A stretch of DNA of 64,000 bases from Bacteroidota bacterium (GTDB lineage Bacteria; Bacteroidota; Bacteroidia; Flavobacteriales_F; PHOS-HE28), in assembly GCA_018266685.1 (NCBI GenBank), contig JAFDZY010000201.1, positions 1,632 to 65,631 of the forward strand. Reading direction: 5' to 3'. How positions within the stretch are numbered: the stretch's first letter is position 1; each line of letters starts with the position of its first letter. The notes beneath the pieces were generated by a model. That model did no database searches and had not been told where the DNA came from. It was given only the letters and a program-made list of their open reading frames with translations. The position numbers and the translations under genes are program-made. Below are positions 9,340 to 18,900 of this stretch, piece after piece.

Positions 9340-10476
9340 TCATCCCGTTATCCTGTTCTTCAACATCGGCAACATCCGGGCCTTCCATTCACCGAATGAA
9401 CCGTCCAGGATATGCTGGCGGGCTTCTGTCATCAGCGAAACATAGAAAGCAAGGTTGTGCAAGCTGGCGATCTGCAGGCCTAGGATCTCGTTGGTGACGA
9501 AGAGGTGGCGCACGAATGCCTTGCTATACGCGCTGTCCACGAAGCTGGTGCCGTTAGTGTCCAGGGGGGAGTGGTCGCCCGCCCACACCTTGTTCTTGAT
9601 CTGCACCACGCCTTCGCGGGTAAAGAGCATGCCGTTGCGGCCGTTGCGGGTAGGCATCACGCAATCGAACATGTCCACGCCGATGGCCATGTTCTCCAGC
9701 AAGTTCCACGGGGTGCCCACGCCCATCAGGTAGCGGGGCCGGTCCTTGGGCAGGATGTCGCAACAGAGCTCGGCCATGGCGTACATCTCCTCCTCCGGCT
9801 CGCCCACGCTCAGGCCGCCGATGGCGTTGCCCCAGGTGTTCTTTTTCGCAACATATTCCGCACTGACCTTCCGCAGTTCCGGGAATGTACTGCCTTGCAC
9901 GATGGGAAAAAGCGCTTGTTCGTAGCCGTATTTGGGTTCCGTGGAGTTGAAGCGGTCCAGGCATCGGTCCAGCCAGCGGTGCGTGCGGTGCATGCTGTCC
10001 GTGGCATATTTGATGTCGCAAGGCCACGGCGTGCATTCATCAAAGGCCATGATGATGTCCGCGCCAATGGTGCGCTGGATGTCCATCACGCCTTCCGGGG
10101 TGAACAGGTGGCGGCTGCCGTCGATGTGGCTCTGGAACTTCACGCCCTCCTCGGTGATCTTGCGGATCTCGTTGAGGGAATGCACCTGGAACCCGCCGCT
10201 GTCGGTGAGGATGGGTCCGCTCCAACCGTTGAACTTGTGCAGCCCGCCAGCGTGCTCGATCACCTCCGTGCCGGGGCGTAAGTACAAGTGGTAGGTGTTG
10301 CCGAGGATGATGGAGGCCTTCACGTCCTCGCGCAGCTCGCGCATGTGTACGGCCTTCACGCCGCCCAGCGTGCCCACGGGCATAAAGATGGGCGTGGGCA
10401 CCACGCCGTGCGCGGTGTGCAGTTCGCCTGCGCGGGCCTTGCTCTTGGGGTCGGTGGTCAACAGCTTGAATTCCAT
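9340..10476 (-). CDS. tgt: Queuine tRNA-ribosyltransferase (tRNA-guanine transglycosylase)
   Basis: Internal start MEFKLLTTDPKSKARAGELHTAHGVVPTPIFMPVGT. Also LTDSGGFQV and DCVMPTRNGRNG. The 527-aa track ORF carries a spurious N-terminal extension. Confidence 0.95.
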   Translation of the reverse strand: MEFKLLTTDPKSKARAGELHTAHGVVPTPIFMPVGTLGGVKAVHMRELREDVKASIILGNTYHLYLRPGTEVIEHAGGLHKFNGWSGPILTDSGGFQVHSLNEIRKITEEGVKFQSHIDGSRHLFTPEGVMDIQRTIGADIIMAFDECTPWPCDIKYATDSMHRTHRWLDRCLDRFNSTEPKYGYEQALFPIVQGSTFPELRKVSAEYVAKKNTWGNAIGGLSVGEPEEEMYAMAELCCDILPKDRPRYLMGVGTPWNLLENMAIGVDMFDCVMPTRNGRNGMLFTREGVVQIKNKVWAGDHSPLDTNGTSFVDSAYSKAFVRHLFVTNEILGLQIASLHNLAFYVSLMTEARQHILDGSFGEWKARMLPMLKNRITG

Positions 10477-10615
10477 CGGGGCGCGAAGATCGCCTTTGGC
10501 GGGGAGCCTGGCATCCACCCCGGCGTTGTTCATAACTGCCCCTTGCCGGCAGGATTCCGCCATGGAGCTTGGATAGCTTCGCCCCGTACCATTTGCGCAA
10601 ACGCGCGGACTTGCT

Positions 10616-11719
10616 TTGATCGACACCACTGTGCTATTCCTGCTGGCCGCTGCCGTGGTAGTGCTGGCTTTCTTCCACTTGGCCATCTTCAGCCGCCTGG
10701 CCTTCCGCAGGCAGGAGGTGGAGCCGGACCGTGACCTGCCCGTGAGCGTGGTGGTGTGCGGGCGCAATGAAAGCATGGCGTTGCAGCAGCTCATTCCGCT
10801 GTTGCTGGACCAGGACCACAAGGAATTCGAACTGATCGTGGTGAACGACCGCAGCGATGACGACACGTGGGAAGTGCTCCAATGGATGAAGGCGGAGCAT
10901 CCGCGGTTGAGGCCGGTGAACATCCAGGCGGACGAGAAGTTCAGCTATGGAAAGAAGATCGCACTGGGCGTGGGCGTGCGCAGTGCCAAATATCCGAACG
11001 TGCTGGTTACCGATGCCGATTGCCTGCCGGTGGGCCGCGATTGGATCAGCGTGATGGCCGCAGGCTTTGCCGGGAAACGCCAGATCGTGATCGGCCATAG
11101 CCCTTACGAGCGCCAGCCCGGCCTTACCAACCTGTTGGAGCGCTATGACGGGTTCAGCAAGGCCGTGCAGTACATCAGCTTTGCCCAGGCCGGGCTGCCC
11201 TACATGGGCGTGGGCCGCAACATGGCCTTCACCGGCGACCTCTTCTTCGCCGCCAAGGGCCAGCACCGGCACCGCCAGTTGATGAGCGGGGACGACGACC
11301 TCTTCATCAATGAAGTGGCCCGCGCCAACAACGCGGCGGCAGTGGCCGACGGGCGCTCGTACATGACCACGCGCGCCACGCCGGACCTGGCCACATGGTT
11401 CCGCCGCAAGCGCAGGCATTACACCACCGCGCAGTTCTACCGCTTTGGGCACCAACTGTTGCTTACCCTTCTGCCTGCCGCCCGATTGGTGCTGTGGGCC
11501 ACCATCCTGTTCCTGTTCATCAGCGGACATTTCGTGCCTGCACTTGCCGGGCTGGCAATTGAACTGCTCGTGTTCCTGCCCATCGGTATGCTCGCCATGC
11601 GCAAGCTGGGCGCCGGGCGGATCATTTGGCTCAGCCTGCCCTTGGAATGGCTGTTTCTACTTTTGGATCCCTGCATTTACGTCAGCACGCTCATCATCAA
11701 GCCGCAACGATGGAAGTGA
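10616..11719 (+). CDS. Family 2 glycosyltransferase with C-terminal membrane helices
   Basis: VSVVVCGRNE, ELIVVNDRSDDDT and TDADC (DxD-like) are GT2 signatures. An N-terminal TM helix and C-terminal TM helices are present. Confidence 0.85.
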   Translation: MIDTTVLFLLAAAVVVLAFFHLAIFSRLAFRRQEVEPDRDLPVSVVVCGRNESMALQQLIPLLLDQDHKEFELIVVNDRSDDDTWEVLQWMKAEHPRLRPVNIQADEKFSYGKKIALGVGVRSAKYPNVLVTDADCLPVGRDWISVMAAGFAGKRQIVIGHSPYERQPGLTNLLERYDGFSKAVQYISFAQAGLPYMGVGRNMAFTGDLFFAAKGQHRHRQLMSGDDDLFINEVARANNAAAVADGRSYMTTRATPDLATWFRRKRRHYTTAQFYRFGHQLLLTLLPAARLVLWATILFLFISGHFVPALAGLAIELLVFLPIGMLAMRKLGAGRIIWLSLPLEWLFLLLDPCIYVSTLIIKPQRWK

Positions 11720-12321
11720 ACCAGAACCTGTCCGACAAGGCCGTCTACGACTTGGAGCTCGTACGCCGCGCGGTGGACAAAAAGGACCAGAAGGCCTACG
11801 CCGAACTGATGTCCCGCTACCGCGATTCGATCTACTTCATGCTGCTGAAGATGATCAACAACAAGGACGACGCCGACGACCTCACCATCGAAGCCTTCGG
11901 CAAGGCCTTCCACCGCCTGCACCAGTACACGCCGAACTATGCGTTCAGCACCTGGCTCTTCAAGATCGCGTCCAACAACTGCATCGATTGGATCCGCAAG
12001 CAGAAGAAAAAGAAGATGCTCAGCATCGATTCACCAATCGGCACCCAGGACGGTGATGAAATGCACATCGAACTGAAGGGGCACGGCCTGGATCCCGCCG
12101 AAAGCGTGATCAAAGACCAGAAGAGCGAGGTGATGCGCGAAGTGGTGGAGAAGCTCAAGCCGCGCTACCGCACCTTGGTGGAGCTGCGCTACTACAAGGA
12201 ATACAGCTATGAGGAGATCGCCGAGGAACTGGACCTGCCCTTGGGAACCGTGAAGGCACAGCTCTTCCGCGCACGGGAGTTCCTGGAAAACCTGTTGGAC
12301 ACGCGCAAGGACCACATCTGA
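11710..12321 (+). CDS. RNA polymerase sigma-70 family (ECF-type) sigma factor
   Basis: Start at MEVNQNLSDKAV. Region 2 is FSTWLFKIASNNCIDWIRK and region 4 is YYKEYSYEEIAEELDLPLGTVKAQLFRAR. Overlaps the GT2 gene by 10 nt. Confidence 0.85.
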   Translation: MEVNQNLSDKAVYDLELVRRAVDKKDQKAYAELMSRYRDSIYFMLLKMINNKDDADDLTIEAFGKAFHRLHQYTPNYAFSTWLFKIASNNCIDWIRKQKKKKMLSIDSPIGTQDGDEMHIELKGHGLDPAESVIKDQKSEVMREVVEKLKPRYRTLVELRYYKEYSYEEIAEELDLPLGTVKAQLFRAREFLENLLDTRKDHI

Positions 12322-12340
12322 TCTATTGACCCCCTGATCA

Positions 12341-12955
12341 ATGGAAGGCATTGATCTCGTTCTTCGCCAGTTCCCAAAGATCACGGAGCAGCAGCAGGCC
12401 CGCTTTGCCGCGCTGGGCGGCCTTTATGCGGAATGGAACGGCCGTGTCAACCTCATTTCCCGCAAGGACCTTGACCACCTTTACGAACGGCACGTGCTGC
12501 ATTCCCTCGGTATCGCCAAGGTGCATGCGTTCAAGCCCGGTTCACGAACGGTGGATGTTGGCACGGGTGGGGGATTTCCCTTGGTGCCTTTGGCGATCCT
12601 GTTCCCGGATTGCACCTTCCACGGCATCGACGGCATCGGCAAGAAGATCATGGCCGTGCAGGGCGTGATCAATGCCTTGGGCCTGGCCAACTGCACTGCG
12701 GAGCAGGTGCGCAGTGAAGACCACAAGTTGAAGTATGACATGATTGTAAGCCGTGCGGTCACCACGCTTCCGGAATTCCTGCGCATGACCAGGCACCTGG
12801 TCCCGAAGGGGCAGGGGAAACTATTCTACTTAAAGGGCGGGGAGCTTGCCGATGAACTGCGGCCTGTGCGGCAAAAGGTGCGGGTGCACGAGTTGTCGGC
12901 ATATTTCCCCGGGGAGTTCTTCGCCACGAAAAAGGTGGTGGAGGTGGAGCTATAA
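12341..12955 (+). CDS. rsmG: 16S rRNA (guanine527-N7)-methyltransferase
   Basis: 204 aa with WNGRVNLIS, RHVLHSL and VDVGTGGGFPLVPLAI (SAM site), the classic GidB layout. Confidence 0.9.
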   Translation: MEGIDLVLRQFPKITEQQQARFAALGGLYAEWNGRVNLISRKDLDHLYERHVLHSLGIAKVHAFKPGSRTVDVGTGGGFPLVPLAILFPDCTFHGIDGIGKKIMAVQGVINALGLANCTAEQVRSEDHKLKYDMIVSRAVTTLPEFLRMTRHLVPKGQGKLFYLKGGELADELRPVRQKVRVHELSAYFPGEFFATKKVVEVEL

Positions 12956-13120
12956 CCCGGAATATGCAGCAGGATGACTACTACGACCCGGAAACGCTTT
13001 GCCACAGTACGTTTCACGCATTTTCGCTCCTCACCTGGAACATGGCCCCGCCTTCGTCACGAAAATGCCTGTGGCCGTGCGTTTCCGGCTCTCGCTACGT
13101 CCCCTGCTGCATAATCCGGG
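12955..13120. other. 166-nt nested imperfect palindrome; candidate structured RNA or palindromic element
   Basis: Four nested complementary segments: 12956-12973/13103-13120 (17 of 18), 12988-12997/13079-13088 (10 bp), 13001-13007/13069-13075 (7 bp) and 13018-13026/13060-13068 (9 bp). There is a symmetric 14/14 internal loop and a 33-nt apical loop. It lies between convergent genes. Confidence 0.5.
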
Positions 13121-13162
13121 TATAAGCGCGCTCCTTGCCGATGGTCCGGGGCGGCCGCAAGC

Positions 13163-13681
13163 CTATTTCAGCTCTTCACGGCGCGCCTTCCTCCTTTCCT
13201 TTACAAGCTGCGTGTATTCCATGTCCCATTCGAGCAAATTGGTTGCCGGGTTGTAGCGGCTCCGGCCAATGGGCTCGTGGAATACTGCATCATCAGATCC
13301 CCGGAAAGGCTTGGGCAAGGTCATGTTGATCTCCATGGACATGCCCCCGTGCCAACTGGAGTCGGGTACGCTGGCTGCATCGATCTCCACCGTTTTAGTG
13401 GTCCGGTCAAACCGGGTGTAGGTTACGCGGTAGCGTGCCCCGCGGCCCAGGTAGAAGCTGTATTTCCCGTCCGCATTGGCATGAAGCTCCCTGTCCGGAA
13501 ATCCCTCCCGCATGTCCTGGATGGTGATGCGGGAATCCGGCAGGGTATCCTGGGTCTGGTCATCCGAAACGACACCGAACACATATAGGCTGGTATCCGT
13601 GCGGATAGCGATGGTGCTTTGGCCTTGGGCCGAAAAGAAAAGAACGCTTCCCAGAAAAAACGCTGTGATAAATGACTTCAT
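13163..13681 (-). CDS. Secreted hypothetical protein (carboxypeptidase-regulatory-like beta-sandwich suspected)
   Basis: 172 aa. Signal peptide MKSFITAFFLGSVLFFSAQG. GVVSDDQTQDTLPDSRITI...ANADGKYSFYL resembles CarboxypepD_reg-type folds. Confidence 0.65.
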   Translation of the reverse strand: MKSFITAFFLGSVLFFSAQGQSTIAIRTDTSLYVFGVVSDDQTQDTLPDSRITIQDMREGFPDRELHANADGKYSFYLGRGARYRVTYTRFDRTTKTVEIDAASVPDSSWHGGMSMEINMTLPKPFRGSDDAVFHEPIGRSRYNPATNLLEWDMEYTQLVKERRKARREELK

Positions 13682-13784
13682 CGCGGTGGGCGCTTACTGC
13701 GCAAGGTAGTTGGACTGTGCAAACCAGGCCATGGCCCATCACGGGTAGTTACAAACACGTGCCCTGTAATAATGGGGGCCGGGA

Positions 13785-15602
13785 TCAGGCCAGGTCCAGC
13801 TGCAACCGGCTCAAGGAACTGTACATGCCGTTCTTCGCGATCAATTCGTCATGGGTGCCACTTTCGGCCACCACGCCCTTGTCCAGCACCAAGATCTTGT
13901 CCGCATGTCGGATCGTGCTGAGCCGGTGGGCGATCACAATGCTGGTGCGGCCCTTCATCAATTCATCCAGCGCTTCCTGCACCAGGCGTTCACTTTCGCT
14001 GTCCAAGGCGCTGGTGGCCTCGTCCAGGATCAGGATGGCGGGGTCCTTCAGCACGGCGCGTGCAATGGCGATGCGCTGGCGTTGGCCGCCGCTCAACTGC
14101 ACCCCCCGTTCGCCCACCACGGTATCGTAGCCCTGCGGGAATTGGCTAATGAACGCGTGTGCATTGGCCTTGCGTGCCGCCGTTTCGATCTCTTCCTGTG
14201 CTGCTCCCGGCTTGCCGTAGGAAATGTTTTCGCGGATGGTGCCGCCGAAGAGCAGCACTTCCTGCGGCACAATGGCCATGCGGTCGCGCAGTGCGGTGAG
14301 CGGGTACTCCCGCGCATCCTTGCCGTCGATCAGCACGGCCCCGCCCACGGGGTCGTAAAAGCGGAGCACCAGCGAGGCAATGGTGCTTTTGCCCGCACCG
14401 CTGGGTCCCACCAGGGCGATGCGCTGCCCCGGTTCGGCGTTGAAGGAAACTCCGTGAAGCACGGAGAGGTCGGGCCGTGAGGCGTAATGGAAGTCCACCT
14501 GGTTGAAAACGATGCTGCCTTTCAGCGCGAGGTGGTGGTGCTTCACGCCGAGATGAACGGGTTCCGCTGTTTCATCGTGCAGGTCCATCAATCGTTCCGT
14601 GGCGCCCACGGCCTTCAGCAAGGAGGTGACCTGCTCCGGGATCCCGGCAATGCTGGCGCCGATCATGATGCTGAAAGCCACAAAGCTGGTGATCTCCCCC
14701 ATGCTCATCAGGCCTGCATCCTTCAGCAGCGCGGCGCGGTACACCACGAACACGATCACTCCGAACATGCAGAAGATCACGAAGCTGATGAAGCCGCCCC
14801 GCCACCGCAGCGCCAGGAGCGCCAGCCGCCGGGCCTCCTGCACGCTGGAGTCGTAGCGCCGGGTCTCGAAGCCCTCGTTGCTGAACGCCTTCACGCTTTG
14901 GATGCCCTGCAGGGTCTCGTCCACGATCACATTGCTATCCGCAATGCGGTCCTGCACTTGTTTGCTCAGTTTGCGGATGAAGCGGCCGAAGAATACCGCC
15001 ACCAGCATCACCACGGGCAGGGTGGCCAGCATGGTGAGCATCAGCTCGGCGCTGAGGTAGGTGAGCGCGGCAATGCACACCACGATCACCACGAATTGCC
15101 GCAGGAACTCGGCCAGCACGGTGGTAAATGCGGTTTGCAGCAACGTGACATCGGCGCTGATGCGGCTGTTCAATTCGCCCACCCGGCGCTGGGCGAAGAA
15201 GGTCATAGGCAGCCGCAGTAGGTGTGCATAGGTGTCGCGCCGCAAGTGGGTCAAGGCGTTCTCCGTTACCGAGCCGAAGGTCCAGATGCGCCAGAAACCG
15301 AAAAAGGCCTGGGCTGCAAACACCAGCAGCAGCAGTTTCAGGATGGAATGCACATTGCTCATGTCGCCTATCGGAGCCTGCCAAAAGGTGGTGGTGGCCT
15401 TGGCATCGATCAATTTGCCGATGAGCCAGGGGAAGGCCGCGCTCAGCAGGCTGGTGAGGAGCAGGCAGCCCATGCCCAGGGCGAACAGGCCACGCTGGGC
15501 GCGCATATAGCGGAACACCCGGAAGAACTTGCGCAATGCGGCCTTGGAGAGCTTGGCGGGTTTTGCTCCGTCATCCTTTGCCGCCCCTCGTCTGGATGCC
15601 AT
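13785..15602 (-). CDS. ABC transporter, fused permease/ATP-binding protein (MsbA/lipid-exporter type)
   Basis: 605 aa. Six N-terminal TM helices, Walker A GPSGAGKST, signature LSGGQRQR and Walker B ILILDEATSALD. Confidence 0.9.
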   Translation of the reverse strand: MASRRGAAKDDGAKPAKLSKAALRKFFRVFRYMRAQRGLFALGMGCLLLTSLLSAAFPWLIGKLIDAKATTTFWQAPIGDMSNVHSILKLLLLVFAAQAFFGFWRIWTFGSVTENALTHLRRDTYAHLLRLPMTFFAQRRVGELNSRISADVTLLQTAFTTVLAEFLRQFVVIVVCIAALTYLSAELMLTMLATLPVVMLVAVFFGRFIRKLSKQVQDRIADSNVIVDETLQGIQSVKAFSNEGFETRRYDSSVQEARRLALLALRWRGGFISFVIFCMFGVIVFVVYRAALLKDAGLMSMGEITSFVAFSIMIGASIAGIPEQVTSLLKAVGATERLMDLHDETAEPVHLGVKHHHLALKGSIVFNQVDFHYASRPDLSVLHGVSFNAEPGQRIALVGPSGAGKSTIASLVLRFYDPVGGAVLIDGKDAREYPLTALRDRMAIVPQEVLLFGGTIRENISYGKPGAAQEEIETAARKANAHAFISQFPQGYDTVVGERGVQLSGGQRQRIAIARAVLKDPAILILDEATSALDSESERLVQEALDELMKGRTSIVIAHRLSTIRHADKILVLDKGVVAESGTHDELIAKNGMYSSLSRLQLDLA

Positions 15603-15692
15603 GTGTTCAAATTCACCGCCAAGTTCGCCGCTGCCCGGCCTGGCATGCCCGGGATGTTGATCGTTTTGGCATTTCCCGGGTGCCGCCGTGCG

Positions 15693-16094
15693 TTAACCGT
15701 GCAACGCCACCATCTTGTCCGCGATGTGGTCGAAGAGGTTCTTCAGCGGCTTCTCCACCATCATTTTGATGATGGGGTTCAGTTCCGCCTCGAATACTTG
15801 GTAGGCGTGCGTGGAACCCCCTTCTTCCTTGAGGTGTACGTGAAGGGTGAACGGGAAGGGTGCGCGGTCGGTGCTTTTCATCCGCACCAAGGAGTTCGGT
15901 GTGCCTCCGTCCAGCGCCAGCCCGATGGTGGCCGCGCCCTGCACCTTGAATGAGCAGGACTGTCCGTCACAGGTCCAATCGTTGATGCGGTCCTGCGGCA
16001 GCAGTGGCTTGAAGTTGTGCATGTCCTGCAGGAAGCTGTACACTTCACCGGCAGGTTTGGCGATGGTCACCTGCTTGCTTTCAATGCGCGTCAT
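15693..16094 (-). CDS. SRPBCC (START/polyketide-cyclase-like) family protein
   Basis: 133 aa from the internal ATG at 16094 (MTRIESKQVTIAKPAGEVYSFLQDMHNFKPLLP). The 334-aa track ORF is an artefactual extension through pyrE antisense. Confidence 0.7.
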   Translation of the reverse strand: MTRIESKQVTIAKPAGEVYSFLQDMHNFKPLLPQDRINDWTCDGQSCSFKVQGAATIGLALDGGTPNSLVRMKSTDRAPFPFTLHVHLKEEGGSTHAYQVFEAELNPIIKMMVEKPLKNLFDHIADKMVALHG

Positions 16095-16096
16095 GT

Positions 16097-16786
16097 TCAC
16101 TTGGCCGGTTTTTCCTGCACGGCGCCGGCCGGCTTGGCACTGGCCACTTCGGGCCAATTGGCGGGGTCTTCGCGCCATTTGCGCAGGGAAGCCAGCTCCT
16201 TTTCGGTGATGTACTTGTCCGCGATGGCCTGCTCCAGCAGGATGTTGTAGTCCGTGAGGGAATGCAGCCGCACCTTGGCATTGGCAAAGGCTTCCGAGGC
16301 TACCTTCAGGCGGTAGGTGAAAATGCTGACCATGCCTTTCACCTCGCACCCTGCATCGCGCAGCGAAGCCACCGCGCCAAGGCTGCTCTTCCCGGTGCTC
16401 ACCAGGTCTTCCACCACCACCACGTTGCGGCCCTGGGTAAGGTCGCCTTCCACCATGTTCTTCATGCCATGCTCCTTGGCCGCACTGCGCACATAGATGA
16501 AGGGCAGGCCCATTTCCTGCGCCACCAGCACGCCGTGCGCAATGCCGCCCGTGGCCACGCCGGCGATCATTTCCGGTTTTCCGAACTCGCGGTTGATGGC
16601 TTCCACGAACTGTTGGCGGATGTAGGTGCGCATCACCGGGTGGCTCAGGGAGCGCCGGTTGTCGCAATAGATGGGGCTCTTCCATCCGCTCGCCCAAGTG
16701 AACGGCTTCTTGGGGTCAAGCCGCACGGCCTTGATCTTCAACAAAAATTCTGCGATCTTCAGCGCCGGATCAAGACGGGAATCCAT
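16097..16786 (-). CDS. pyrE: Orotate phosphoribosyltransferase
   Basis: Start at MDSRLDPALKIAEFLL. PRPP-binding motif VVVVEDLVSTGKS. Also WKSPIYCDNR. Confidence 0.9.
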   Translation of the reverse strand: MDSRLDPALKIAEFLLKIKAVRLDPKKPFTWASGWKSPIYCDNRRSLSHPVMRTYIRQQFVEAINREFGKPEMIAGVATGGIAHGVLVAQEMGLPFIYVRSAAKEHGMKNMVEGDLTQGRNVVVVEDLVSTGKSSLGAVASLRDAGCEVKGMVSIFTYRLKVASEAFANAKVRLHSLTDYNILLEQAIADKYITEKELASLRKWREDPANWPEVASAKPAGAVQEKPAK

Positions 16787-17420
16787 GCCGCGAAAGTATG
16801 AAGTCCACATCGACGGAAGGACATTGATCGTCGGTGAATTGCCGAAAATGAGTGCCCTGCCGTCCAACTGGCTGGCGCTCCGGGTGGAACGACCGGAAGA
16901 ATTGGGGCGCCTTGCCGACACTTTTGCGGCAAGGCCCGAGCTGGAAGGCGTGCATGCCTTTGGCTCCTCCGTTGATCAGGTCTGGGAATGGTTCAAGGAG
17001 CGCTACACGTTGGTGCATGCCGCCGGTGGTGCGGTCACGGATGCGGAAGGCCGGTTGCTCGCCATCCACCGCTTGGGCCGTTGGGACTTGCCAAAGGGCA
17101 AGGTGGAGCCGGGGGAGGCCATTGCGGATGCGGCGGTGCGTGAAGTGCGCGAGGAGTGCGGATTGAAGCAGTTGCAGATCATCAAGCCGCTGCTGGAAAC
17201 GTGGCATACGTATGAACGCAAGGGCCCAAAGTTGAAATGCACGCACTGGTTCCACATGGCGGGCGATGCCACGGAACAGTTGAAGGCCCAGGCCGAGGAG
17301 GATATTGATGCGGTGCGATGGCTGGATGCCCAAGGGCTGGCAGAGCTTCGCAGCGACACCTATGCGTCGATCTTGCAGGTGCTCAATGCCTGGGAGCAGG
17401 CACGCCACGGTCGGGCCTGA
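16785..17420 (+). CDS. NUDIX hydrolase
   Basis: Nudix box GKVEPGEAIADAAVREVREECGL. Its ATG (16785-16787) overlaps the divergent pyrE ATG (16786-16784) in the palindrome CATG. A later Met start is possible. Confidence 0.8.
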   Translation: MPRKYEVHIDGRTLIVGELPKMSALPSNWLALRVERPEELGRLADTFAARPELEGVHAFGSSVDQVWEWFKERYTLVHAAGGAVTDAEGRLLAIHRLGRWDLPKGKVEPGEAIADAAVREVREECGLKQLQIIKPLLETWHTYERKGPKLKCTHWFHMAGDATEQLKAQAEEDIDAVRWLDAQGLAELRSDTYASILQVLNAWEQARHGRA

Positions 17421-18900
17421 GCTTCCTGTCCTCGGTGTCCTTGGCCCGGATGGCGTGCAGCAGGTTCACCAAGCCTTGGCTGGGCAGCGGGCCCGGTGAG
17501 GCCGTCAGCAGGTTACCGTCCAGCATGAAAAGCACAGGTGCGTTGCGAATGCGCAGTTCATCCAGCAGGTGTTGCTGGTCCGCCGGCACATACCACGGCC
17601 AGTTTAGCTTGGGCTGCGTGCGCAACCAAGTTGCCAACTCCTTGGGTGGGCGGTCCAAGGCAATACCAATGAAATGGACCACGCTTCCGTATTCGGCCTG
17701 CAACTGCGCCAATGCGGCCAGTTCCTGCCCGCCGAATGAGTTTCCGGGCCGTGTCACCATCAGGCAGGTGCGGCCGTTAAAGAGTTTGTCCGAGGGGAGC
17801 ATTTTTCCTGCCGTGTCCAGCAAATCCACGGCGGGGAGTTCCGTCCCAACGCCCATGGCTGTGAGGTCCCACAGCATGTTGGCCGCAATTTTCCGGTGTT
17901 CCGGAAAGGCGGATTTTTCCTTGATCTGGCCAAGGATGGAAAGGATGCCGGCGCGGTCCAGTTCCTTGTTGGCTTCCTGGGCGTAGAGCCCCGTGATCAG
18001 TACCAGCTCACATAAGCGGTCGTCCTTCAGGAAATCGTTCCTTGCCAGCAAGGCTTTCAGGCTGTCCGTTCTTGCGTTCTTTATTTCCCGCTGAAACTGC
18101 ACGGTGTTGGCCCGGAACGGGAACCGTAGCAGGAAGTCTGCGAAGAAGTTGGAGAAGAAGCGCGCATACTCGGGAACGTCGTAGAGCACGGGGCGGTCCT
18201 TCAGGAACCGGTTGAAGAGCACGCGGTCATCCGTGCGTGGCCCCAAGCGCAGCCCGGCAAGGCCGTATTCCACATCGCTTTGGAACCATGGATCATCCAC
18301 GCCCGCATAAAACTTGTGCAGTTTGCGGGCGAAGGTGTCCACGCGGGCTTCGTTCCACTGCGGGGAGAGGAACAGGTCCGGGCTTTCCTTGGCTGAATCC
18401 GGTTCCATCTTGCCCTGGCCGTTCCTTGCCTTGGCCACGGCGGCCATTCCGGAATTGGGGTCCGTGGCGAGGTTTTCGGCCAGAAAGGCATCGAGGCGCA
18501 TGTTGAGGTCGCCTACCAAGGCATTCACATCCATGCGCGAGAGGCCGGGGAAAATGAGGTTCACCTTGGTGGCCCCGCTCATGGTGCGCACCTCCCCGGT
18601 GCTTGGCAAGGGCATGGTGGCGTGGTACTCGCCCGGGCGCAGGTACAGGTCGGCGGAGACTTCGTTGATGCGCAACTGCGCGCGCACGGTGCCATCCACT
18701 TCGGCCGTGAGCACGGCCTGGCCCTTCGCATCCGTGCGCCCTTGCGCAATGCGTTCAAGCCGCAGGGTGAAGGGGTCCATGTAGCGGTACAGCACAACCT
18801 CGCTGCCGGCATAGCCGGGTGCATCCAACGCAATGGTGACGGGCCCGGCGCGCAGGCCGAGCGCGATCGGAAGCAAGGCAATGAATGCTGCTGACCTCAT
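17383..18900 (-). CDS. Secreted protein with a C-terminal thioredoxin-like (TlpA-like) fold lacking the CxxC motif
   Basis: 505 aa with a signal peptide. The C-terminal segment MVTRPGNSFGGQELAALAQLQAEYG...APVLFMLDG has TlpA/AhpC-TSA topology, but NSFGG sits where WCxPC is expected. Confidence 0.7.
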   Translation of the reverse strand: MRSAAFIALLPIALGLRAGPVTIALDAPGYAGSEVVLYRYMDPFTLRLERIAQGRTDAKGQAVLTAEVDGTVRAQLRINEVSADLYLRPGEYHATMPLPSTGEVRTMSGATKVNLIFPGLSRMDVNALVGDLNMRLDAFLAENLATDPNSGMAAVAKARNGQGKMEPDSAKESPDLFLSPQWNEARVDTFARKLHKFYAGVDDPWFQSDVEYGLAGLRLGPRTDDRVLFNRFLKDRPVLYDVPEYARFFSNFFADFLLRFPFRANTVQFQREIKNARTDSLKALLARNDFLKDDRLCELVLITGLYAQEANKELDRAGILSILGQIKEKSAFPEHRKIAANMLWDLTAMGVGTELPAVDLLDTAGKMLPSDKLFNGRTCLMVTRPGNSFGGQELAALAQLQAEYGSVVHFIGIALDRPPKELATWLRTQPKLNWPWYVPADQQHLLDELRIRNAPVLFMLDGNLLTASPGPLPSQGLVNLLHAIRAKDTEDRKLRPDRGVPAPRH

